DNA of 50,668 nucleotides from an uncultured Gammaproteobacteria bacterium. Its GTDB lineage: Bacteria; Patescibacteriota; Patescibacteriia; Patescibacteriales; UBA12465. The stretch is taken from the NCBI GenBank assembly GCA_964466835.1, contig CAYXNV010000006.1, positions 1 to 50,668 of the forward strand, read 5' to 3'. This document shows, one piece after another, positions 36,643 through 46,509 of the stretch (position 1 is the first letter of the stretch; the number at the start of each line of letters is the position of its first letter). Below the pieces are notes generated by a model. It was not told where the DNA came from. It saw nothing but the letters and a program-made list of their open reading frames with translations, and made no database searches. The translations under genes and the position numbers were made by a program.

Positions 36643-37065
36643 TTAAGGATACAGGGTTTGATGGAATTCTGGTGACAAAACCTTCTTCAGGGCTTCACAA
36701 ATTTCTTCATATTTTGGTGCTTTTACCGTAACAGCTGACCAATGACTGCTAGAGTGTTTAACAACAATCGTATAATCTCCCGGATTGTCATTTACTTTAG
36801 CCCTCTTTTGAATTGAAGGTAATAATTTTGTCGTTTCGACTTTCTCAACGTGTAATACTGCCTGTTTGGACATATTCTCAAGCTGATTCATGTCTTCTTC
36901 GGATAAATAAAACTCTGGCCTTAATGTCCCCAGTTCTCCTGAAATCTTCAAACATTCTGCATTGCAGGTAACTCCACCAAACGCATCCTTTAATTGTTTT
37001 GTGAAATTTGCAAATGTGGTCTTAGACTCACCATTCTTTAAAAAAGTTAATTCTGCTGTGATCAT
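36643..37065 (-). CDS. Hypothetical protein (stand-alone unit)
   Basis: 140 aa; upstream TTGACA; downstream hairpin near 36600-36628. Confidence 0.65.
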   Translation of the reverse strand: MITAELTFLKNGESKTTFANFTKQLKDAFGGVTCNAECLKISGELGTLRPEFYLSEEDMNQLENMSKQAVLHVEKVETTKLLPSIQKRAKVNDNPGDYTIVVKHSSSHWSAVTVKAPKYEEICEALKKVLSPEFHQTLYP

Positions 37066-37185
37066 TTTTAAATAATTTTTATGCGTTATTAAATAACTGT
37101 TTAACTAAATATCTATATGTTTCTATAAGGCTATAATAAATTTAACTGCTTGTCAATAACTTAAAATAACATAAATTAGAATCTC

Positions 37186-38235
37186 TTAATCTATTTTTCT
37201 TACCACCCCATTATTAGCATCTACCTCAACAATATCCCCGTCTTTAAAAATTTTAGTCGCCACCTCTGTTGCTAGAACACATGGTTTTTTTAGCTCTCTG
37301 GCTACTATAGCGGCGTGAGAAAGCATCCCTCCAGCATCAGTAACAAATGCACCAGCTTTTTTCATTAACGGCAAGAACTCGGGTCTGGTCATCCCAGTTA
37401 TTAAAATATCTCCTTCATTGAATTCTTTTACCTTATATGGATCAAATATAATTCTAGCAACACCCTTGGCTTTACCCAGAAAAGCAGCTGACCCTTTAAG
37501 TTGCTCTTTACTCTCTCCAATCAAAATTTTTTGTGTCTGATTAAAATCTTCACCACTTAACAATTTCATCTCCTGATTACTACAAAATAATATTATTCCT
37601 TGAGAACGGATAGAAAGCTCTTTTTCATTTGGCGCTTTTTTTGTTTGTAAAAATTCTAAAATCTCATCAACTGTTAAAAAACAAGAAACCTTCTTAGAAT
37701 AATTTTTTTCTTTCGCTATATGCTCAGCATACAAACATAATACACGATCTACTTCATTAAACAAATCTTCTGTTTCTATTCTGGCGCTTCTCAGGGTTGG
37801 CTCTAAATCAGCCTGTAGTCTTGAAGGAAGATAATCAATAACTTTTTTAATGCCAAAATGAGGAGGTATATGTTCGTAAAACTTGTTTTTAACATTCAAT
37901 AGATTTTGATAACTAACTTCTTCTTCAGCTGTTTTTAAAAGTCGTTTTAATTCTTTTGCCGTAACCACAGTATCTTCAGCCCATTTGACGGCAAGACTAC
38001 TATCCCTGCTTATTTTATTAGCCATATACTCACAATATTCATCCAATTCAGTTTTTACTATATAATTTGAGCTTGATTCTTTTTCACACACCAACAAATT
38101 AATAGACAAATTTCTACCAATATATTTATCTAAATCTGTTGTATACAAAAAATACAAAGAAGCAAAGGGCGTTTTCCAATGACCAGACCAATTCTTAGTC
38201 CACTTATTGTTCTGTATTTCTTTTAATATAGACAT
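37186..38235 (-). CDS. PEP-utilising enzyme mobile-domain protein
   Basis: C-terminal GDILITGMTRPE..TDAGGMLSHAAIVARE; no ATP-grasp domain evident. Confidence 0.85.
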   Translation of the reverse strand: MSILKEIQNNKWTKNWSGHWKTPFASLYFLYTTDLDKYIGRNLSINLLVCEKESSSNYIVKTELDEYCEYMANKISRDSSLAVKWAEDTVVTAKELKRLLKTAEEEVSYQNLLNVKNKFYEHIPPHFGIKKVIDYLPSRLQADLEPTLRSARIETEDLFNEVDRVLCLYAEHIAKEKNYSKKVSCFLTVDEILEFLQTKKAPNEKELSIRSQGIILFCSNQEMKLLSGEDFNQTQKILIGESKEQLKGSAAFLGKAKGVARIIFDPYKVKEFNEGDILITGMTRPEFLPLMKKAGAFVTDAGGMLSHAAIVARELKKPCVLATEVATKIFKDGDIVEVDANNGVVRKID

Positions 38236-38280
38236 ATCTCAATTTTACCACATTTTTTAGATTCCCCTTAAGGGGCGACA

Positions 38281-38309
38281 AAAAACACCCCAAAGTAGGG
38301 GGTGTTTTT
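38281..38309 (-). terminator. Terminator after tRNA-His
   Basis: AAAAACACCCC-loop-GGGGTGTTTTT. Confidence 0.8.
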
Positions 38310-38314
38310 ATATG

Positions 38315-38386
38315 GGTGCCTAGAGGGAATCGAACCCTCGCTAACGGAACCACAATCCGCTGTTCTACCATTAAACTATAGGCACC
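38315..38386 (-). tRNA. tRNA-His(GTG)
   Basis: G-1:C73; GCGGA-TTGTGGT-TCCGT anticodon arm. Confidence 0.97.
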
Positions 38387-38392
38387 ATACAG

Positions 38393-38464
38393 TACGCCCA
38401 GAGGGAATCGAACCCCCATCTAGAGCTTAGAAGGCTCCCGTTCTATCCGTTGAACTATGGGCGC
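38393..38464 (-). tRNA. tRNA-Arg(TCT)
   Basis: GGAGC-CTTCTAA-GCTCT anticodon arm; complete cloverleaf. Confidence 0.97.
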
Positions 38465-38502
38465 ATATTTTATGCTTATATTAATAGAAAGACTCATCAT
38501 TG

Positions 38503-39300
38503 TCAATCTATACTTCTTTCTATACTTCTTTGTCTAATTGCCTCAAAAACAATAATAGCAGCTGAAACTGATACATTTAACGAATCTATTCCTTCTTTCA
38601 TTGGTATCTTTATTATTTCATCGGCCTGCTCTATCCACTCCTTGCTTAATCCGTTTGCTTCAGAGCCTAAAACAATAGCAACTGCTTCCTTAAAGTTCTG
38701 TTCGGAATAATTTATTTCAGCGTCAGTGGTGGTAGCAAAACTTTTAATATTATTCTGTTTCAACCACTTCTTCGTCTCCCCTCTCGAGACCACAACTATT
38801 TGATTAGCAAATATCTTTCCTTCACTAGCTCTGATAACATTGGGATTATAGATATCAGTTTGATTATCATTAATAATAACTGCATCAACACCAATAGCAC
38901 AAGCTGTTCTAATAATAGCTCCTAAATTACCTGGCTTCTCTACTGCCTCTAAAATAATTATCAAAGGGGCCTTGCTTAATTTAATGTCTGTTAATGTTAA
39001 ATCTTTTCTTTTCGCTATTGCTAAAAATCCATCTGGATTATCTTTATAGCAAATCTTTTTAAAAACATTTTCTGGTACTTCAATAATCTTTTCTTTATTT
39101 ATCTTTGGTGGTTGTTCTGAACTTAATTCTGGGCAATAGAATAGTTCTTGTATTTCTATTTTAGCTTTAATTGCTTCTTCTATCTCTCTCAGACCATCAA
39201 TTACAAAAAGACCTTGCTCTTTTCTAGCACTCTTTTTCTGTAACAACTTAACAACATTCTTTATTTTTGGATTTTGGAGACTATTTAAAGTATTCATCAT
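38503..39300 (-). CDS. TrmH/SpoU-family RNA methyltransferase
   Basis: PGNLGAIIRTA, LGSEANG, IPM..DSLNVS. Confidence 0.94.
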   Translation of the reverse strand: MMNTLNSLQNPKIKNVVKLLQKKSARKEQGLFVIDGLREIEEAIKAKIEIQELFYCPELSSEQPPKINKEKIIEVPENVFKKICYKDNPDGFLAIAKRKDLTLTDIKLSKAPLIIILEAVEKPGNLGAIIRTACAIGVDAVIINDNQTDIYNPNVIRASEGKIFANQIVVVSRGETKKWLKQNNIKSFATTTDAEINYSEQNFKEAVAIVLGSEANGLSKEWIEQADEIIKIPMKEGIDSLNVSVSAAIIVFEAIRQRSIERSID

Positions 39301-39353
39301 CTTTATTATAGACTAAAATTTGACAAAATCATACCATCAGCTATAATAATTTT

Positions 39354-39485
39354 ATGGATTTCTACAATCTTAACAACACTATTATTATTAACAGCTTGAT
39401 TATTATTAATCAAGCTGGTTTTGATGTGTAAATAGTTTAATTTATATACTATCTAAAACCGGCCTTAAAAATTGGCCGGTTTTTT
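39354..39485 (+). promoter_or_regulatory. Putative leader-peptide transcription attenuator
   Basis: 25-aa ORF (39354-39431) with two ATT-ATT-ATT runs; alternative 1:2, 2:3 and 3:4 hairpins; U-tract; promoter at 39320-39347. Confidence 0.65.
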
Positions 39486-39538
39486 AATTAAGAAATTTAA
39501 CAACAAAATAAATACTAACATTTTAAAAAGGAGGAAAA

Positions 39539-39724
39539 ATGAATCAAACTGCTGATTCCAAGAAAACAAATGATGTTGCTGGGAAAGTTGAAGCCCTAAT
39601 TGAAACAATAAAAAAGGCCGGAGAAGAGGACCCCAAAGGTACTCAGGATAAAATAACTACTGTGATTAAACAGTTAGAGTTAGAAAGGTTATATTTGGAT
39701 AAAAGCAACATCATGTCTTGTTAA
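39539..39724 (+). CDS. Small hypothetical protein
   Basis: 61 aa; AAGGAGG upstream; terminator at 39733-39759. Confidence 0.65.
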   Translation: MNQTADSKKTNDVAGKVEALIETIKKAGEEDPKGTQDKITTVIKQLELERLYLDKSNIMSC

Positions 39725-39826
39725 ATCAAGCCAAAAAGGGACAATCTTGTCCCTTTTTTATTTAACATTAGCCAACCTTTTGCTAGTTTAATTAAAATGT
39801 TATAATATTAAGGAAATTATTAATTT

Positions 39827-42694
39827 ATGCCTATCCCGCAATTACAAAAACGAAAAACTCAAACCTGGAGAAATCAAAGAAAAAAACATAAACCAGCCAG
39901 AAAAACTTCTTCCAGAAAAAGTTTTAAGAGAAAAGAAAGAAAAATAAGAAATTTAAAGAAAAAACTATTTTCAATCGCAATAACTCTATTTTTGGTTGTT
40001 GTTATTTTTGTTTTTCTGTTTGTTGCCTGGCTTTCACGTAATATCCCTAACCCAAATCAATTAATTAACCGCGAGGTTGCTCAAAGCACCAAAATTTATG
40101 ACCGTACCGGTGAAAATATTCTTTACGAAATTCATGGTGAAGAAAAAAGAACCTTAGTTTCTTTAGAAGACATTCCTGATTATGTGAAAGAAGCGGCGAT
40201 AGCGATTGAAGATAAAAATTTCTATAAACATAGTGGCATCAGTCTCTGGGCAATGTTTAGAACTTTAATCACCAACGTTCTTCGCAATGAACGAGCTGGT
40301 GGTTCAACCCTAACTCAACAATTTATTAAAAATGCTGTTCTCACTCCGGAAAAAAGAATTTCTCGAAAGATAAAAGAAATCGTTTTAGCTCAACGCTTAG
40401 AAAAAAAGTTTTCTAAAGATGAAATTCTTCAAATGTATTTGAATGAAATCCCTTATGGCTCTAATGCCTATGGAGTTGAAGCTGCTAGTCAAAAATACTT
40501 TGGTAAAAGCGTCCAAGATATTAGTTTAGCTGAAGCAGCTGTGCTGGCGGCTCTGCCACAAGCTCCTAGTCGCTATTCTCCCTATGGTCCCAACAAAGAT
40601 TTATTACTAGGAAGAAAAAATTATGTTCTAGATCTAATGGAAGAACAAGGATATATCACTGATGAAGAAAGAAAGACTTCTCAAGAAGAAGAAATTAAAT
40701 TCCGTGGGCCAGAAACTAACATCACTGCCCCTCACTTTGTAATGTATATAAAAAATATTCTCTCAGAAAAATACGGAGAAAAAATGATTGAACAAGAGGG
40801 TCTAAAAATATACACTACCCTAGATTTATATAAACAAGAAATTGCCGAAGAAGTAATCGCTGAAAAAACCGAAAAATACGAAGAAAATTTCAATGCCAGC
40901 AATGTTTCTTTGGTGACAATTGACCCTAAAACTGGACAAATATTAGCGATGATCGGTTCTCGTGATTATTTTGACGATGAAATTGATGGCCAAGTAAATG
41001 TCTCTACTCGTCCTCGCCAACCCGGGTCCTCAATGAAACCAATTGTCTACGCTGCTCTTTTTGAAAAGGGCTACACCCCTGATACAGTTCTTTACGACGT
41101 AGTCACAAATTTCTCTACCGACCCTGACGAGCCATACGAACCACACAACTATGATGGTAATGAAAATGGTCCAGTTAGTATAAGGAAAGCCTTAGCTGGC
41201 TCTTTAAATATCCCAGCGGTAAAAGCTATTTATTTAGCTAATATAAATAATGTTCTTGATTTAGCTGATAACTTGGGTTACACCACCCTTTACCCTCGAA
41301 ATCGCTTTGGTCTTTCTTTGGTGTTGGGTGGAGGAGAAGTAAAACTACTAGAACATGTTAACGCCTATAGCGCCTTTGCTCGTGACGGTTATGTCAGCCC
41401 AATTGTGGGGATATTAAAAGTGGAAGATAAAGACGGCAAAGTGATTGAAGAGTATAAAGAAAGCCGAGAGAAGGTGATTACCCCTCAAGTTGCCCGAATG
41501 ATTAATAGTATTCTTTCAGATAATGACGCTCGCACATTTGCTTTTGGCGAAAACAACCCCCTCACCCTTGGTGATCGCCCCGTAGCGGCTAAAACTGGTA
41601 CCACCAACGACTACCACGATGCTTGGACGATTGGTTATACTCCTTCTATTGTTACTGGTGTCTGGGTGGGTAATAGCAATAATGACAAAATGGTTGATGG
41701 TGCTGGCGGCAGTACTTTAGCTGGTCCGATTTGGCATGATTTTATGAAAAAGGTATTGGGTGACACCCCGATTGAAGTTTTTAAAGAGCCTGATGAATAT
41801 AAAACTGGAAAAGCTATTTTAGATGGAGAAATGCCTTTAGAATTAGTTAAAATAGATTCTAGTTCTGGTCTATTAGCTAATGAACTAACTCCTCTTGAAT
41901 TAATTATTGAAAGAATGGCTCCTGTGCATCACAATATTCTTTTCTATGTTGATAAAGAAAACCCAACTGGGAAAAATCCTGAAAACCCAAGCCTTGATTC
42001 ACAATTTGATCTTTGGGAGGAAGCAATACAAACTTGGTCTGGAGAAAACGCTACCTCCTCATTAGAACTACCAGAAGATTACGACCGCTTCCATAATGAA
42101 GAAAACAAACCTACTCTAAAAATTCTTTCTCCTAATAAAAATGAAACCATTAATAAGTCTGAACTAAAAATCAAAATAAAAGCTAATGCTCCTCGTAGTA
42201 TTGGTCGAGTTGAATATTATATTAATAATAATATCTGGGGAACTAAATGGGGTGAACCAGGAGAGTTTAGTAAAGATATTAGTTTTTTAAACAATGGCTT
42301 TCATTCTCTAAGGGTAAAAGCTTGTGATGATATTGAAAACTGCTCTGAAAGTAGTATCAACTTTAATTTATTAATTAAAGACAACCACATTACTACTGAT
42401 AAAAACTCTATCCAAATGGTTGAACCAAGCAATGGTTTAGCTTTAAACACTATTGATTTTCCTTTACAAATAAAACTACTAATAAACAACCCCGAACGAA
42501 CTGCTAAGATAGATATTGTAATAGAAACCAGTGAAAAAATTGAAGTGGTCCGAAGAATAATACCAACTGAAAAAAGCATAACTATCAACTGGGGCAGTCC
42601 GCCAACTAGCGGAACCTATTTATTCTATGCCAGATTGCATGATTGGAATGGTGATGTCCTAGAAAGTAATAAAATTAATCTAACTGTTAATTAA
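39827..42694 (+). CDS. Class A penicillin-binding protein (PBP1A family) with C-terminal Ig-like domains
   Basis: EDKNFY, GGSTLTQQ, RKIKE; transpeptidase SSMK, SLN, KTGT. Confidence 0.95.
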   Translation: MPIPQLQKRKTQTWRNQRKKHKPARKTSSRKSFKRKERKIRNLKKKLFSIAITLFLVVVIFVFLFVAWLSRNIPNPNQLINREVAQSTKIYDRTGENILYEIHGEEKRTLVSLEDIPDYVKEAAIAIEDKNFYKHSGISLWAMFRTLITNVLRNERAGGSTLTQQFIKNAVLTPEKRISRKIKEIVLAQRLEKKFSKDEILQMYLNEIPYGSNAYGVEAASQKYFGKSVQDISLAEAAVLAALPQAPSRYSPYGPNKDLLLGRKNYVLDLMEEQGYITDEERKTSQEEEIKFRGPETNITAPHFVMYIKNILSEKYGEKMIEQEGLKIYTTLDLYKQEIAEEVIAEKTEKYEENFNASNVSLVTIDPKTGQILAMIGSRDYFDDEIDGQVNVSTRPRQPGSSMKPIVYAALFEKGYTPDTVLYDVVTNFSTDPDEPYEPHNYDGNENGPVSIRKALAGSLNIPAVKAIYLANINNVLDLADNLGYTTLYPRNRFGLSLVLGGGEVKLLEHVNAYSAFARDGYVSPIVGILKVEDKDGKVIEEYKESREKVITPQVARMINSILSDNDARTFAFGENNPLTLGDRPVAAKTGTTNDYHDAWTIGYTPSIVTGVWVGNSNNDKMVDGAGGSTLAGPIWHDFMKKVLGDTPIEVFKEPDEYKTGKAILDGEMPLELVKIDSSSGLLANELTPLELIIERMAPVHHNILFYVDKENPTGKNPENPSLDSQFDLWEEAIQTWSGENATSSLELPEDYDRFHNEENKPTLKILSPNKNETINKSELKIKIKANAPRSIGRVEYYINNNIWGTKWGEPGEFSKDISFLNNGFHSLRVKACDDIENCSESSINFNLLIKDNHITTDKNSIQMVEPSNGLALNTIDFPLQIKLLINNPERTAKIDIVIETSEKIEVVRRIIPTEKSITINWGSPPTSGTYLFYARLHDWNGDVLESNKINLTVN

Positions 42695-42760
42695 ATTCAA
42701 TAAATTATTAACAAAAAACAGGCTTCTAAGCCTGTTTTTTTTATCTTTTATTTAAACCCA

Positions 42761-43891
42761 TTATTGTTTAATCGGCATAACAATATATAAATAATTATTT
42801 TCCTTTTCTGGCCTCAACACACAGGGAGTGTTATTGTTGATAACCCCAATTTTTACTCTATCGCCCTCAATATTATTTAAACCATCAAGGAAATAACGAT
42901 AATTAACTATCACTTCGTTATTCCCACCACTAATCTCAGCCTCTAACTCAACCTGGCTTTCACCGCTTTGTCCTGAAAAAGCAGAAACAATAATTTTGTC
43001 CTTAGAAAATTGTAAATTAACATCATTAATTCCTGTTTTAGAGAATAGCGCTGAAGCTTTAACTGCTCTTACTAACTCTGACCGTTCAACCAATATCTCT
43101 GTTTGAATTTTTTCAGGAATAATTTGTTTATAGTCGGGGTAATGACCATTTATTAAACGCGAAATTAGATCAACTGAATCGACAGTGAATAAAATTTGAT
43201 TATCTGATAAATAAAACTTTACTTCTTGTTTCTCATCTAAATCATCTCCTTCTGAACCAAAATTATTTAGAATTCTTAACAACTCTTGAACGGTTTTAGC
43301 AGGGACAATTATTTTTTGTTCGTTTTCAGTTGAATTTGTTTTAATATTAATTTCTCTTTCAGCTAAACGATAACTATCAGTGGCTGCTAATTTCAAAGTT
43401 TTTTTATTAAAAGAGAATAGAATACCAGTTAATTCAATTCTGTTCTCGCTATTAGAAACTGCGAAGACAACACTATTTAAAGCTCTTCTTAGCTCATCCA
43501 CTCCGCAACTATAGTGGATTTCTTTAGGAATAGTAGGAATAAGAGGAAATTCTTTAGCTGACTCACCTTTTATTTTAGTTCTATAATTACCACACTCCAC
43601 CCTAAGCTCATTATCTTTCTCTTCAATTTTAACTTTTTCTCCACCGCTTAACAAACCAACATACTCTGTTATTAATTTTGAATCAATTGTAAACTGACCA
43701 TCTTTTTCAATCTTTCCTCTAACCTTATGAATCACCCCAATTTCTAAGTTAGTCCCAATAAATTCAATATTACCCTCTTCTGCTTTTATTAGAATATTAT
43801 TTAAAATGGGTAAATTAATATTCTTGGCGGTTATATGCCCCACTATATTTAAACCTCTTTTTAGATTTTCCTGTAAACTGATAAATTTCAT
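42761..43891 (-). CDS. dnaN: DNA polymerase III beta clamp
   Basis: ATDSYRL, YPDY, IVMP; downstream of dnaA. Confidence 0.97.
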   Translation of the reverse strand: MKFISLQENLKRGLNIVGHITAKNINLPILNNILIKAEEGNIEFIGTNLEIGVIHKVRGKIEKDGQFTIDSKLITEYVGLLSGGEKVKIEEKDNELRVECGNYRTKIKGESAKEFPLIPTIPKEIHYSCGVDELRRALNSVVFAVSNSENRIELTGILFSFNKKTLKLAATDSYRLAEREINIKTNSTENEQKIIVPAKTVQELLRILNNFGSEGDDLDEKQEVKFYLSDNQILFTVDSVDLISRLINGHYPDYKQIIPEKIQTEILVERSELVRAVKASALFSKTGINDVNLQFSKDKIIVSAFSGQSGESQVELEAEISGGNNEVIVNYRYFLDGLNNIEGDRVKIGVINNNTPCVLRPEKENNYLYIVMPIKQ

Positions 43892-44149
43892 ATGTTTATA
43901 TATTTATTATACTATATATTATATTTAAATAATAACAATAATAAGGGAGGGGATAAGTTAGGTTTAATTTAATTTTAATAATGTTTTATTAGTGTTTTTA
44001 TTGTTTTTAGCTGTTTAAAACTTGAGGTTAAGGTGGGTGTTAAAATTGAACTATTTGTTGATAATTTTTAATGGGTTTAAGTTATCAACATTTTATTAAA
44101 AGTAATCCAGTTTGAATTAACACTTTATTAACAAACTATTCCCCAGATT
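43892..44149. other. oriC (dnaA-dnaN intergenic region)
   Basis: DnaA-box variants at 43948-43956, 44056-44064, 44082-44090, 44125-44133; trio repeats and AT-rich tract; most genes to the left are on the minus strand. Confidence 0.8.
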
Positions 44150-45532
44150 TTAATAGCTAGCACTAAATAATTGTTTAATTGATTCCACCTCTTGTTTTAT
44201 TTTTTCGTTTTCTTTTTCTCTTATTTCTTTTGCGATCTTATTATAAGCGTGCATCGCGGTAGTGTGGTCTCTGCCACCTAATTCTTGACCGATAGTTGGG
44301 TAGGAAGTATTTAATTCTTCTCTAATTAAATAAACAGCTATTTGTCGAGGCCCAACCAATTCTTTTTTCCGACTATTACCAGTTAATTCTTTATAATTTA
44401 CATTATAGAATTTGCCAACCGCTTCAATTATTTCTTTTGGTGTTAATGATTTTAATTGAATATTTGAAATAATATCACTAAGAACCTCTTTTACACTTTT
44501 AATAGTTGGGGTCAGGTTTTTAAATTGATGAGAGACGACTACTTTAGTTAATGCGCCCTCTAATTCTCTGATATTATTTTGAACATGTTCAGCTATGTAG
44601 GTTAAAATTTCTTTATCTAAATCATAATTCTTTTCTACTGCCTTTTTTTCTAAAATAGCTATTTTAGTTTCAATATCTGGCTTACCAATATCAGCCACCA
44701 TTCCAGCCTCAAAGCGGGAAATCAATCTTTTTTCAATTGCAGGAATAGATTTTGGCGGACGATCAGAGGTAATAATTATTTGTTTGTCATTTTGTTGTAG
44801 TTCATTAAAGGTGTGAAAGAATTCTTCTTGGGTACCGTCTTTTCCCCCCATAAATTGGACATCATCTACTAACAATAAGTCAACATTACGGTATAAATTC
44901 TTAAATTCTTTAGCTTTTCCAGTGTGAACAGCCTGGATATAGTTGTTAGTAAATTTTTCACTAGTAGTATAAAGAATCTTGTCAGTTTTTTTAGCGACTT
45001 CATTACCGATTGCTTGGAGTAAATGAGTTTTACCTAAGCCAACGCCTCCATAAATAAAAAGAGGGTTGTAAGCCTTCCCTAAATTATTAACTACTGCCCA
45101 ACAAGCAGCATGGGCTAACTCATTTCCCTTCCCAACAATAAAATTTTCAAAAATATAGCGAGAGTTTAAACCAAAACGATTACAATTAATTTTATTATTT
45201 ATTTTTTCTTTTTTAGGCTCAACTATTTCTTCGTTTTTTTCTTCAGCTTTTTTTATTTGGAAAGAATTGTTGTTGCCACCCTTTTTTAATTCAATTTTAT
45301 AAATGATTTCTTCAATCTTTTGTTTAACAACATTTTCTAAAGCATTTAGAATGTTTTTGTGGTATTTTTCTTCTAGCCATTTTTTTACAAAAGCATTGGG
45401 GACACAAATGACTATCCGGCCGTTTTCAAAAGAAGAGATAAAAGTGTCTTTAAACCAAGTAATAAAATTAGCTCGAGATAAGCTAATTTCGATTTCTCCT
45501 AAGACAGCCTGCCAAACTTGTTCATTGGTCAT
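44150..45532 (-). CDS. dnaA: Replication initiator DnaA
   Basis: YNPLFIYGGVGLGKTHL, DDVQF, RELEGAL, GGRDHTT. Confidence 0.98.
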   Translation of the reverse strand: MTNEQVWQAVLGEIEISLSRANFITWFKDTFISSFENGRIVICVPNAFVKKWLEEKYHKNILNALENVVKQKIEEIIYKIELKKGGNNNSFQIKKAEEKNEEIVEPKKEKINNKINCNRFGLNSRYIFENFIVGKGNELAHAACWAVVNNLGKAYNPLFIYGGVGLGKTHLLQAIGNEVAKKTDKILYTTSEKFTNNYIQAVHTGKAKEFKNLYRNVDLLLVDDVQFMGGKDGTQEEFFHTFNELQQNDKQIIITSDRPPKSIPAIEKRLISRFEAGMVADIGKPDIETKIAILEKKAVEKNYDLDKEILTYIAEHVQNNIRELEGALTKVVVSHQFKNLTPTIKSVKEVLSDIISNIQLKSLTPKEIIEAVGKFYNVNYKELTGNSRKKELVGPRQIAVYLIREELNTSYPTIGQELGGRDHTTAMHAYNKIAKEIREKENEKIKQEVESIKQLFSASY

Positions 45533-45726
45533 AGTTTATGAGGATTAGAAATTTTTAGAAAGTTTATTTTCTAATTATATTAAATAAACAGTTTTCTCAC
45601 AAGGCTAAAGCTTGTTTAAAATATGTTGATAAAAAGTGTATAACTTAGACAAGAAACCTTTGTTGACACCTATTAGTATAAGTGTTATCTTATAGGCACA
45701 GTTTAATCTTAAGTTTAATTTAGTTT

Positions 45727-45864
45727 ATGCCGAAAAGAACATATCAACCGAATAAGCGTCGTGCTAAGAAAAAACATGGCTTTCGCAAGAGAATGCAAAC
45801 CGAGGATGGACGTAATGTTTTAAAGAGTCGTCGTGACAAAGGAAGAGCAAAACTTTCTAAATAG
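45727..45864 (+). CDS. rpmH: 50S ribosomal protein L34 (absent from the ORF track)
   Basis: [45 protein letters not shown]. Confidence 0.97.
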   Translation: MPKRTYQPNKRRAKKKHGFRKRMQTEDGRNVLKSRRDKGRAKLSK

Positions 45865-45870
45865 CTTCAC

Positions 45871-46230
45871 ATGCTAAAGAAGAAGAATCGAATAAATTTA
45901 AATAAAGACTTTGACCAAGTTTTCAAAAACAGTCAGTCTTTTTATAATGATGTTTTTGGACTAAAATTAGCCAAAAATAATTTAAAAGATTTTCGTTTAG
46001 GTGTTTTAATTGGGGTTAAAGTTAGCAAAAAGGCTGTAATCAGGAATAAGCTTAAACGCCAAATTAGAGAAATTATCAAGCAAGAAATACCTTTATTTAA
46101 AGAGGGGTATGATCTAGTTATTATTGTTCTTCCGCGAATATTAGATAAAAATTTTGATGAAATTAAAAAATCTTTATTATCAGGATTAAATGAGCTGAAA
46201 ATTTATAAAGATAGTCCAGAAAAACCTTAA
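45871..46230 (+). CDS. rnpA: RNase P protein
   Basis: [14 protein letters not shown]; synteny with rpmH. Confidence 0.95.
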   Translation: MLKKKNRINLNKDFDQVFKNSQSFYNDVFGLKLAKNNLKDFRLGVLIGVKVSKKAVIRNKLKRQIREIIKQEIPLFKEGYDLVIIVLPRILDKNFDEIKKSLLSGLNELKIYKDSPEKP

Positions 46231-46235
46231 TTTTT

Positions 46236-46493
46236 ATGTTAAATTACTTAAAATATTTTCCTCGCAGGCTTCTAATTGTTTTAATTCGTTTCTATCAAAA
46301 AACCCTATCTTTTGACCATGGTCCGCTAAAAGCCCTTTATCCCCATGGTTTTTGTCGCTTTCATCCAACCTGCTCTCAGTATGGGCTAGAATCAATCAAG
46401 AAATATGGAGTAATTAAAGGAGGAATAATGACTTGTTGGCGGATTTTACGTTGCAATCCTTGGAACAAGGGTGGTAACGATCCAGTTAAATAA
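46236..46493 (+). CDS. yidD: Membrane protein insertion efficiency factor
   Basis: [18 protein letters not shown]. Confidence 0.95.
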   Translation: MLNYLKYFPRRLLIVLIRFYQKTLSFDHGPLKALYPHGFCRFHPTCSQYGLESIKKYGVIKGGIMTCWRILRCNPWNKGGNDPVK

Positions 46494-46509
46494 TTATTAA
46501 TAAATTTAT

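Noticed and set aside
38204-38710. ORFs 38204-38419 and 38450-38710
   Set aside because: They overlap tRNA-His/Arg or run antisense to the TrmH-family gene.
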